Positions 17,937 through 26,134 of a DNA stretch of 64,000 bases are shown here, piece by piece. This stretch comes from Actinomycetota bacterium. GTDB lineage: Bacteria; Actinomycetota; CADDZG01; WHSQ01. The notes under the pieces were generated by a model. That model was not told where the DNA came from and ran no database searches. It saw nothing but the letters and a program-made list of their open reading frames with translations. The stretch covers positions 2,850-66,849 of the forward strand of contig JAXDJR010000015.1 of NCBI GenBank assembly GCA_034667545.1. Reading direction: 5' to 3'. A program made the translations under genes and the position numbers. The stretch's first letter is position 1; each line of letters begins with the position of its first letter.

Positions 17937-18827
17937 TCAGGCGATGTTCCAGCCGTCGAAGTCGTTTCCCAGTAGGACCCGCAGCCGTCGAATGTCCGAT
18001 GAGAACTCTGCTTCCAGTTCGGCGCGCAGAGAATCCGGGATAACCGCCTCGGAAGATTCGTAGACGCTCTGCGCGGGCTTGCCCAACATCTGTTTGACCC
18101 GATTGGGAACCAGGCGAGGGATCTTGACAGTAGAGAACACGCGCTTCTTGAACCAGCGACGGCTGTTCCCTACCCAGGCCGGATAGGCCAAGCGCCGCTC
18201 AGATGTAAAGAACTCCTGCTCCAGCACCTCGGACTTCCAATCAGCGCGCACGCCGAGGAAGGAGTAGACGCGCTCGAGAGTTTGTACTCGAGTCGAGCGC
18301 AAAGCCTCCGAAGTGATGATGAGCATCTGATCGGTGCGGAAATGCGAAAGATATTGATCCAGCTGCATCGCGTACTTGCTGAAGTTGATGTAGTCGGGAT
18401 TCGTTTGGACCGCCTGAGCTAGGGGCGCGGTTTCGGTGCCGAAGGCCACGTTGTGAACGTAGTGAGAGCGAAGGCGATCTATCGGATTGCGCACCACGTA
18501 TATGAGGCGCGCCTCGGGAAGATAGCGCGCGATGAGCTCTGCAGAACCTGAATAGCGGGGAAACTTGGTGTAGCTGGTTGAGGCCTCACCTACTGCGGCT
18601 ACCCCGGGACCGGCGTCGGCAAAGAGGCGCTGATACCAGGCGAAACCTCGCTCCCAGTTGATGCCGGCGGTGAAGAAGTCCAGCTCTTTGATGTCGGGCA
18701 TGAAGACCTGCGGATGCGACCGCAGATATTCGTAGAGGCTCGTGGTTCCCGACTTCTGAGCGCCAATAACGAGAAAGTCGGGAAGCCGGAGCTTGCCTGT
18801 AGGTGTTGGATAGTCCGAGGGGCTCAC
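17937..18827 (-). CDS. PAPS-dependent sulfotransferase
   Basis: 5'-PSB FLVIGAQKSGTTSLYEYL and 3'-PB YVVRNPIDRLRSHY. The GTG start overlaps the stop of the upstream sulfotransferase (GTGA). Confidence 0.85.
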   Translation of the reverse strand: MSPSDYPTPTGKLRLPDFLVIGAQKSGTTSLYEYLRSHPQVFMPDIKELDFFTAGINWERGFAWYQRLFADAGPGVAAVGEASTSYTKFPRYSGSAELIARYLPEARLIYVVRNPIDRLRSHYVHNVAFGTETAPLAQAVQTNPDYINFSKYAMQLDQYLSHFRTDQMLIITSEALRSTRVQTLERVYSFLGVRADWKSEVLEQEFFTSERRLAYPAWVGNSRRWFKKRVFSTVKIPRLVPNRVKQMLGKPAQSVYESSEAVIPDSLRAELEAEFSSDIRRLRVLLGNDFDGWNIA

Positions 18828-19855
18828 TCAGAACCGTCGCTTGGCGAACTTTCCGACAGAGAGCGGAGATGGTTTCCCGCCTTACGAGTTGCCAGCGAGT
18901 AGCGCAACATCAGCGGCAGCGTCAACGAAGTCACGAGCAGCTTGTCTCGTCCGGGCATCTCGTCCTTCCATCTGTTGTCCTCACGAACCGGCACCTGACC
19001 AAGCCGGAACCGATCTGGGTTGCCGGACACAGTGTGGTTGCCGCCGAGGCTAACCGTGTGATCGTCGGCAAAAGGCAGTTGCGCGCCTGCATCGCCGACC
19101 AGGGATGTGATTGCGCGAACCAACTCACGGGGACGCGAGCAGAAATCGTGGTAATCGATCAGCATCGAGCGATCTGGTCTCTGAGCTCTGCGAACAGCAT
19201 CCGCCGCGAGATTTCGGCGGATCCATTGAAACGCACTGGCCGAGATCCCGGTGGGTGCCATAACCGCAGGCTGGTTGCGGTCCGGGTTGGCTTTCACCTT
19301 CGATTGCGAGTAAGCCATGGCGCGAGGATCACGTACGAGGTGGACGAAGAATGGTTCGACGTTGCGGACCGAGCCCAACAAAGCTGCGTCCCAGGGGCGC
19401 TTGGAAGAATCCACGATGACCGAGGCTCCAGTCACTGCTTTGATCGCCTCATACAGATCGCCCATCAGTGCACCGTGAGCTTGTATCTGTCCGGGAACAT
19501 TGTCCTTAGTTGTCTGATGGAGGAGCTGCCACGTACGCCAAGTCCCCGAGATCTGCCTCTGACGTGCCATGACAGCCCGGGCCGTTGCAGAGGGCTCTGA
19601 GCCGGCAACCTTGTCGAGGACACGGGACCAGATCTCACAACTCTCGAACGACTTCCCACACCCGCAGAATCGTCCTTGGTCGAGCCGCTGCCACAGAAAA
19701 CGAAGCTCTCCCGCGGAAAAGAACCCTGCGACCTCGTTCAGGACGTTGTCCAGCACTGTGCTGCCGCAGCGGGGGGCGCCCATGATGTAAAGCACTGTGA
19801 TCGGCTCATCCCGCGCCGGGGACGCGGCCGAAGCGTGGGGGTTGGGTCCGTCCAT
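18824..19855 (-). CDS. Sulfotransferase family protein (Sulfotransfer_3-like)
   Basis: P-loop-like 5'-PSB LYIMGAPRCGSTVLDNVL and 3'-PB HLVRDPRAMAYS. Confidence 0.8.
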   Translation of the reverse strand: MDGPNPHASAASPARDEPITVLYIMGAPRCGSTVLDNVLNEVAGFFSAGELRFLWQRLDQGRFCGCGKSFESCEIWSRVLDKVAGSEPSATARAVMARQRQISGTWRTWQLLHQTTKDNVPGQIQAHGALMGDLYEAIKAVTGASVIVDSSKRPWDAALLGSVRNVEPFFVHLVRDPRAMAYSQSKVKANPDRNQPAVMAPTGISASAFQWIRRNLAADAVRRAQRPDRSMLIDYHDFCSRPRELVRAITSLVGDAGAQLPFADDHTVSLGGNHTVSGNPDRFRLGQVPVREDNRWKDEMPGRDKLLVTSLTLPLMLRYSLATRKAGNHLRSLSESSPSDGSE

Positions 19856-20101
19856 GTGGCCTTCCTTCGTGTGATCGCTCCTGGAGGAAGCGTCACTCAG
19901 CTTCGCACGCTATCGCGGCGCCTGGCCCCAAACCTACCCACCCTGAGCGTGCGATGGTGCAGGGGCTCGGCGGCCGCGTTCAGCCATCCAGCCCGATAAG
20001 GCAGGGCCCCGGGGGGGCATGGGAATTGCTTGGCACGGCTCCGAGTAGAGTTTGGCTCCTAGAACGATGGGGAGAAAAGCGGTGTCAGAGGCCTCAAGGG
20101 G

Positions 20102-22891
20102 GTGTCGAGGCTACGCGCGCGCCAGTTTGCGGCGCGGATCGTCCGCAGCCCGATGCACAAGTCTCAGTCGCCGAGCCTTTCGAGGCTCGGCCCAACCTCC
20201 GGGAGGCGACAGACCATCGTGATCTACCTCGAGGTCGGGGCACTCATCGTGGTGGTCGCCTTGATCTCTGTGTCCGACCTGATCTATCGGCGGGTGACCA
20301 AATCCGGCCGCCGGCGAGGCCGGGCCTCCGTGCGAGGCGCCCGAGCGGCAGTGCTTCGTTCGCAATCCGGGGGCGGGCCCTCGCCCAGGAGTGCGCCGGC
20401 TCAGCCGTCGGCAAGGACCTCTCCTTCCGTGCCACCGCCCGCTCCAGGAACAAGTGAGTTCGTGCGGGTAAAGCTCCGCTCCGGGCGCATCGTGGAGGGA
20501 TGGAGGGAAGCAGGCACCCTGGAAAGCTCCGGGGGCTTAACGGACGCCTTCGATCTGGATGTCTCCAAGGCGTTCGATCCCAACGGCAACCCCATGAGTT
20601 TTCCCAGCAACTCCTTCATCGTCTTTACCTCCCAGGTCGAGCGTCTGGAAGTCCTCGAATCCTCTTCGGAAAGGAGTTCGAGCCGCGAGGTGGCCGCGGA
20701 ACGCCAGCGAGCCTCTGGGGCCACGACCGCCCCCATCGCGCCCGTGCGTGATTCGGGATCCCAAACTGCACGGAAAGAAGAGGACACAGCGAACCCTGAG
20801 GGGCCGGACACCAGCCCCGCTCCGGACGAGTCATCCGACGGTCTGGGCCGGCTGATCCAACTGCCAGAGCCCGAGGACCTGAACGCTCCAGCAGCAGTGC
20901 TCGCTCCTGTCCCTGAGCCCGCTCCTGAGGGTTCTCAGATCAGGCATATCGAGCCCAAGGCAGCGAGTCCGGAAACCCCCTCAGTGCCCGCTCCGCCCGC
21001 TCCCCATAAGAAGCGGCGAGCCCGCCCCTTGTTATGGGTGGGAGCTATCGCCGCGCTCCTCATCGTGGCCCTGATCGTCGACGGGATGTATACGTTCTTC
21101 GCCCTGTCCAACTCCCTCAACTCGGCGCGGGGTGATCTGCGACGTGGCAGCAACGCTCTCCTCTCGGGCCACTACCAGTCGGCGCGCGCGGAATTTCTAA
21201 AGGCTGCATCCGCTTCCGGGACCGCCGATGGGCTCCAAGGCCATCCTGCGTTCTGGGTGGTGTCCCACCTTCCGCGAGTACACCGGGATGCAGTTGCTCT
21301 AAAGGCCTTGGGTAAGTCCTCGGACCTGTCCTCGCGGGCCGGCCTCGACGCCGTGCAGGCGATTCGAGCGATGGGAGCCCCCGCCCAGGGTTTGGCCGCC
21401 GCTATCTACAGCCATGGTCAGATCAATCTCAACGCCGCTCAGAGAGGCGTGCCCTTCTTCATAGACATCGAGGACAAGCTCAACAAGGCCTATGTCAGCT
21501 TGAGGAGCGCTCCTCAACCGGTCTTCGGGGCAGTGCAGTCGGCCCTGTCGCTCGCCCTGACCAAGGTTTCCGAGGCGAGGGACGCGATTCACAAGACCCG
21601 CAACCTGGTGCAGGCCCTGCCGTCCCTATTCGGACGCGACCAGACTCGCCATTACCTGCTGCTGTTCGACAATCCGAGCATCGCCCGGGGCTCGGGTGGA
21701 CCTATCGACCTGTTCGGCATCCTCACCGCAAAGTCGGGTTCCCTGCGCGTGGGATCGATCCACCCGGTCGACGACCTTGCCGCCACGGCGGCACCGAGAA
21801 CTCTGTCCCCCGCTTGGTTCCGCAAGGCATACGGGCCCGCCGGCGCGTTCGATAGTTGGGACCAGATCACTCGGTCGCCGAGCTTCGACTCCGTTGCGCC
21901 GATCGCCCAGAGCCTGTATCAGTCGGCGACGGGCACGACAGTCGACGGTGTGGTCGAGATGGATCCCGTGGCGCTGGGTCTGATGACACGTGCAGTGGGA
22001 TCAGTCCGACAGCCGGGATACAACGTCTCAGTCAACGCCCGTAACGCAGTGCAGACCCTCACGCACGACGTCTATCTGCACTTCGGAACCGACCAACGTG
22101 GCCGGGAGGAGTGGGTGGCCGGGTTGATCGAACAGGTTTGGAACAGAGTGAGCCGGGGGGACGCAAGCGCTGCCGAGCTGACCACAGCCCTCGGGGATTC
22201 CTCGAGGGGGTCTCACTTCACGATGTACTCGAACAGCCCGTCGGACGAACGAGCCTTGAACCAAGTCGGGGTGGGCGCCACATTCTCGACATTCGAGCCC
22301 AATGTGCAGATGGCCGTCACCAACAACAGCACGCTGTCCAGGCTCGGCTATTACGAGAAGCGAAGCGTGAGCACGAGAGTGCAGCTGACCAGCCGCGGCC
22401 AAGCCTACGTGACCTCAACCTTCCGACTCAGCAACACCGCTCCCAAAGGCGTCGCCAAGGTGCTGGTGCACAACCTTCAGTCCGCCCAGGACCGCTCCGA
22501 CCTGAGCTTCATCCTCCCCACCCACGCGAAGGTGCAGGAAGTCTCGTTGGCAGGCAAGTCCCAGCGCTACGACCTTGGGATCGAGGGGACGAATCCTCGC
22601 TTCACGCTGCCGCTGTCGGTGGCCCCGGGGAGCACGGTCCGAGTGGTCTGTTCCTACGTCATCCCACACGCCTTCAAGCTGACCGGCGCAGGAGGCGTGT
22701 TCCGATTCGCAACAGTGCCGCAGGCTGCAGCCAAACCGGATGCAACCTCCGTCACCGTGATCCCACCCGGCGGGCTCGAAGTCGTCAAGGGGGGATCGGT
22801 CGGAGGTGAGGTGGACGGATCGTCTTACGTAGCGAGCGACACTGCCGGGGGTCCCCTGACGGTGGCAGTCAAGTTGGCGCCACCCCCGTAA
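20102..22891 (+). CDS. DUF4012 domain membrane protein with long N-terminal extension
   Basis: The C-terminal ~600 aa after the TM helix LLWVGAIAALLIVALIVDGMYTFFAL contains HYLLLFDNPSIARGSGGPIDLFG, resembling the DUF4012 core seen in actinobacterial EPS loci. The N-terminal ~300 aa is Pro/Ser-rich with one extra TM helix. Start is uncertain. Confidence 0.8.
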   Translation: MSRLRARQFAARIVRSPMHKSQSPSLSRLGPTSGRRQTIVIYLEVGALIVVVALISVSDLIYRRVTKSGRRRGRASVRGARAAVLRSQSGGGPSPRSAPAQPSARTSPSVPPPAPGTSEFVRVKLRSGRIVEGWREAGTLESSGGLTDAFDLDVSKAFDPNGNPMSFPSNSFIVFTSQVERLEVLESSSERSSSREVAAERQRASGATTAPIAPVRDSGSQTARKEEDTANPEGPDTSPAPDESSDGLGRLIQLPEPEDLNAPAAVLAPVPEPAPEGSQIRHIEPKAASPETPSVPAPPAPHKKRRARPLLWVGAIAALLIVALIVDGMYTFFALSNSLNSARGDLRRGSNALLSGHYQSARAEFLKAASASGTADGLQGHPAFWVVSHLPRVHRDAVALKALGKSSDLSSRAGLDAVQAIRAMGAPAQGLAAAIYSHGQINLNAAQRGVPFFIDIEDKLNKAYVSLRSAPQPVFGAVQSALSLALTKVSEARDAIHKTRNLVQALPSLFGRDQTRHYLLLFDNPSIARGSGGPIDLFGILTAKSGSLRVGSIHPVDDLAATAAPRTLSPAWFRKAYGPAGAFDSWDQITRSPSFDSVAPIAQSLYQSATGTTVDGVVEMDPVALGLMTRAVGSVRQPGYNVSVNARNAVQTLTHDVYLHFGTDQRGREEWVAGLIEQVWNRVSRGDASAAELTTALGDSSRGSHFTMYSNSPSDERALNQVGVGATFSTFEPNVQMAVTNNSTLSRLGYYEKRSVSTRVQLTSRGQAYVTSTFRLSNTAPKGVAKVLVHNLQSAQDRSDLSFILPTHAKVQEVSLAGKSQRYDLGIEGTNPRFTLPLSVAPGSTVRVVCSYVIPHAFKLTGAGGVFRFATVPQAAAKPDATSVTVIPPGGLEVVKGGSVGGEVDGSSYVASDTAGGPLTVAVKLAPPP

Positions 22892-23014
22892 ACGGGCTGC
22901 GCAGCTGGTGCTCGCCCGGGGAGTGAACCTAGTTATGCCGCGCTTATTCGACTACACGGGATGGATTGCCCCAATGGGGATCCGGCTGACCGGTCTCTTA
23001 CGGCGTGCGGCAGC

Positions 23015-23872
23015 CTAGTCGCGTCCATGCGCCGCCAACTGTTTGACGAGCAGGAAAACGAAGCGCGGATTACGGTACAGGTACCTCTTCCACAACCTGC
23101 GAGGCTCGGAGCAGAGACGGAAGAGCCACTCGAGCCCCATCCGCTGCATGATGCTCGGAGCCTGCTTCTTCACGCCGGCAAGGAAGTCAAAAGCGGCGCC
23201 GACCCCGACCATCACCGCAGGAACCTTCCCGCGGCGAGCTGCCATCCAAAGCTCCTGCTTAGGCGTACCGAGACCTACGAATACGATCCCCGCGCCCGAG
23301 TCGATGATCTCCTGATCCACTTGGCGATCTTCCTCTTCGGTCGGGGCCCTGAACGGCGGAGCGAACCGATACACCACCTGGAGTTTCGGAAAACGAGCTT
23401 TTAGGTTGGCGATGAAGGACTCGAGCACGTCCGGAGTGCCGCCGTAGAAACCCACAGGAACTCCAGCCTCGGCCGCGCGCTCACACAGGATCGGGGTGAG
23501 GTCGGGCCCGTACACCCGGGTGGCGTCCCGTAGACCGAGCAGCTTGAGACTCCAGACAAGCGGCATACCGTCAGAGGTGACGAGATCGGCCAGGTTCATG
23601 ATCTGCTGGAAGGCTTCACTGGCGCGTGACTCCATCACGTTGTTGACCGAGGCCACGCAGACGTAACGAGACTCGCGTTGCTTGCCCCACGCGACGATGC
23701 GAGAGGCGGCATCTTCATAGTTGGTGCGATCCACACGCATCCCAGCGATGTGACGAGACTCGAGAGGCCGCGCCTCGGAGACGACGACCGGCGATCGTAG
23801 GTCTGGGCTCGACGGTCCCAGATCGGGTGAGGTGCTCAAGATCAGTACGCGCCCTTCCCGCCCAGGACGCAT
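23015..23872 (-). CDS. WecB/TagA/CpsF family glycosyltransferase (GT26)
   Basis: VCVASVNNVMES...DGMPLVW...GVPVGFYGGTPDVLESFIANLKARFPKLQVV...GLGTPKQELWM are typical of the family. An alternative TTG start at 23839 lies 2 nt after the upstream stop. Confidence 0.85.
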   Translation of the reverse strand: MRPGREGRVLILSTSPDLGPSSPDLRSPVVVSEARPLESRHIAGMRVDRTNYEDAASRIVAWGKQRESRYVCVASVNNVMESRASEAFQQIMNLADLVTSDGMPLVWSLKLLGLRDATRVYGPDLTPILCERAAEAGVPVGFYGGTPDVLESFIANLKARFPKLQVVYRFAPPFRAPTEEEDRQVDQEIIDSGAGIVFVGLGTPKQELWMAARRGKVPAVMVGVGAAFDFLAGVKKQAPSIMQRMGLEWLFRLCSEPRRLWKRYLYRNPRFVFLLVKQLAAHGRD

Positions 23873-25332
23873 CCAAGTGTCTTGAAGAGGATGTAAAGGT
23901 CCAGGGACAACGACCAGTTCTCGATGTAGAAGGCATCCATACGAACCGCCTCTTCAGCGGCGACATCGCTCCGGCCGTTGGTTTGCCACCAACCGGTGAT
24001 GCCCGAGCGGATCTGGTGCCGAGCTTCCATGAGCTGGGGATTGGCCGCCACCTGCTCAGCCGGCAGAGGCCGAGGCCCCACCAGGCTCATGTCGCCGATG
24101 ATGACGTTCAAAAGCTGAGGGATCTCGTCCAGGCTGAAGCGCCGCAGGAACCGGCCGACTGTGGTCAGGCGAGGGTCCCTCTGGAGCTTGAAGAATGCGT
24201 CGGTTGTCTTCACAGACATCTTGTCGGCATTCGGGACCATTGTTCTGAACTTGCACATGGTGAAGAGACGTCCATCCTTGGTCACACGCTTATGACGGAA
24301 CAGGACCGGGCCTCTCGACGACACCGCGATCGCAGCGGCTATCACCAAGCAGATCGGCAGCAGCAGCAGAGACAGCAGCGTGGCGGCAAACACGTCGAAG
24401 ACTCTCTTCACGAACGCTTGGGGGCCGGCGAGTCGCACGGGCCGAAGGGAGAGCGTGAGGATCGATCCGAGCGGCTGCACCGAAACGCGTGAGGTCAAGA
24501 TGTTATTCAGGTTCGCCGTGACACGCACGGCCACTCCCTCTTGGCGGGCTGCCTGGACCGCCAGCACCATCTCCGAAGAACCCACCGCGGTGGAAGCGAC
24601 GAAGATGCAATCAGCGGAATACTCACGGACTACCTCGCGCAGATTCTCGATCGTCCCGATGACCGGAAGCCCGTCTGGTGACGCCGTGGGACCGGCGACG
24701 CTAACGAAGCCCAGTGGCGAGAATCCAAGGCCTCGCTCTTGAAGAAGATGTGCGAGGCGGCCCGCCTCATGGTTCGTGCCCACGACGACCGTGCGCAACG
24801 CCAAGCGGCCGGTTGCCCGCAGCTTTGCGAGGCGCCAACGCCACGCCCGCCGGGTCAGAAGCTCGCCGAAGACCGCGAAACCCCAAAGAAGCGCCACCCA
24901 CTCGCGAGAGAACGCAGTTTGGGACCAGAAACTAGTAGCGATTATCCCGAGGATGCCGACGCTTGCGGCTCCCACGATCCGTTGCAGTTCGTCGACCGCT
25001 GAGATGCGGTGCGGCGAGTACAGAGAAAAGACGCGGAAGATCAACACCCACAGCAACGGTGCGGTCACGCCGAGCGTGATGTAAGGACCGTGGATCGTGG
25101 CTTGAAAGCGAACCAGATAGGCAGCGATGAACGCTGCCGACAAAACCAGGGCATCGGAGATGACTAGCCCTGCGGTGACCCGCCGATACATCCGGCGGAC
25201 ATCTATGCCGGAGCTGGAGGAATCCTCGGGCGCATCAAGCTGGATGGCAAGGGGGTCGGACTCGACGTCCTGAACGATCCGAAGGCCGTCATTGACCGTA
25301 GTCGAGTAAGCCTCGCCGGGGGTCTCTATCAT
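23842..25332 (-). CDS. Polyprenyl-phosphate sugar phosphotransferase (priming glycosyltransferase, WbaP/CpsE-like)
   Basis: N-terminal TM bundle, central Rossmann-like domain, and a C-terminal bacterial sugar transferase domain (KRVFDVFAATLLSLLLLP...CKFRTMV...DPRLTTVGRFLRRFSLDEIPQLLNVIIGDMSLVGPRP). Confidence 0.9.
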   Translation of the reverse strand: MIETPGEAYSTTVNDGLRIVQDVESDPLAIQLDAPEDSSSSGIDVRRMYRRVTAGLVISDALVLSAAFIAAYLVRFQATIHGPYITLGVTAPLLWVLIFRVFSLYSPHRISAVDELQRIVGAASVGILGIIATSFWSQTAFSREWVALLWGFAVFGELLTRRAWRWRLAKLRATGRLALRTVVVGTNHEAGRLAHLLQERGLGFSPLGFVSVAGPTASPDGLPVIGTIENLREVVREYSADCIFVASTAVGSSEMVLAVQAARQEGVAVRVTANLNNILTSRVSVQPLGSILTLSLRPVRLAGPQAFVKRVFDVFAATLLSLLLLPICLVIAAAIAVSSRGPVLFRHKRVTKDGRLFTMCKFRTMVPNADKMSVKTTDAFFKLQRDPRLTTVGRFLRRFSLDEIPQLLNVIIGDMSLVGPRPLPAEQVAANPQLMEARHQIRSGITGWWQTNGRSDVAAEEAVRMDAFYIENWSLSLDLYILFKTLGCVLGGKGAY

Positions 25333-26018
25333 CGGCGCGCCGACCCGTTAGTGAGGATGCCGTTCTCCAGCAATCCGTTCTGCATAGCTATGGCGGCGGC
25401 TTCCAGCCTCGAGTGAACGTTCAATTTCCCGAGGATGTTTTGGATATGGGTGCGCGCCGTCTGAGGGCTGATGACCAAGGCTCGTGCGATGGCTTCATTG
25501 TCCGCCCCCTCCGCCAACAGTGCGAGCACTTCTTTTTCGCGCTGAGTGAGACGAAGGATCCTCTCGAAGGCGGCATCTTCCTGCTTGCGTTGCCGCATGA
25601 GGGTGGTGAGGAGCGGGCCAAGCATGTGCCCAGGTACAACCGTTTCGCCACGCTGGAGTGCCCGGACTGCGCCGAGAAGGCCCTGAAGGGGCGATTCCTT
25701 GGTGACGAAACCCTCTGCGCCTGCGCGAGCTGCCCGAAGGACTGCAGAGTGCCCACTGCTTTCTACCAGCAGGAGGACGCGGCACTGGGGAAGTTGGCGC
25801 TTGATCGCGCCGACGAGTCCGTCATCGCCATCTGCTATCTCGACGTCGAGGACGACGAGATCGGGACGCGTATCTGCTAGTTGAGACAGGACCTCCGGCC
25901 CCGTGGAGGCCTCGCCAACTACCTCGAAGTCGTTCTCGCCCTGCAGGACGGCTCGCACCGCTTCGCGGAAGAGAGCGTGATCTTCTGCAAGGAATATCGA
26001 AAATTTTGCCTTGTCCAC
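25329..26018 (-). CDS. LuxR/NarL-family response regulator
   Basis: Receiver (IFLAEDHALFREAV...DLVVLDVEI) plus LuxR HTH (LTQREKEVLALLAEGADNEAIARALVISPQTARTHIQNILGKL). The stop overlaps the start of the priming transferase (ATGA 25329-25332). Confidence 0.9.
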   Translation of the reverse strand: MDKAKFSIFLAEDHALFREAVRAVLQGENDFEVVGEASTGPEVLSQLADTRPDLVVLDVEIADGDDGLVGAIKRQLPQCRVLLLVESSGHSAVLRAARAGAEGFVTKESPLQGLLGAVRALQRGETVVPGHMLGPLLTTLMRQRKQEDAAFERILRLTQREKEVLALLAEGADNEAIARALVISPQTARTHIQNILGKLNVHSRLEAAAIAMQNGLLENGILTNGSARR

Positions 26019-26134
26019 AAACCACTCCCAAACGGGTAAAGCAGCTCAAGCAAGCTGCTCATTCAAGTTAGGCGCTCGACTTGCCGATAGCACTGCCCCG
26101 ACGTCGTATTCGGCCTACTCCAAACGTACGACGT

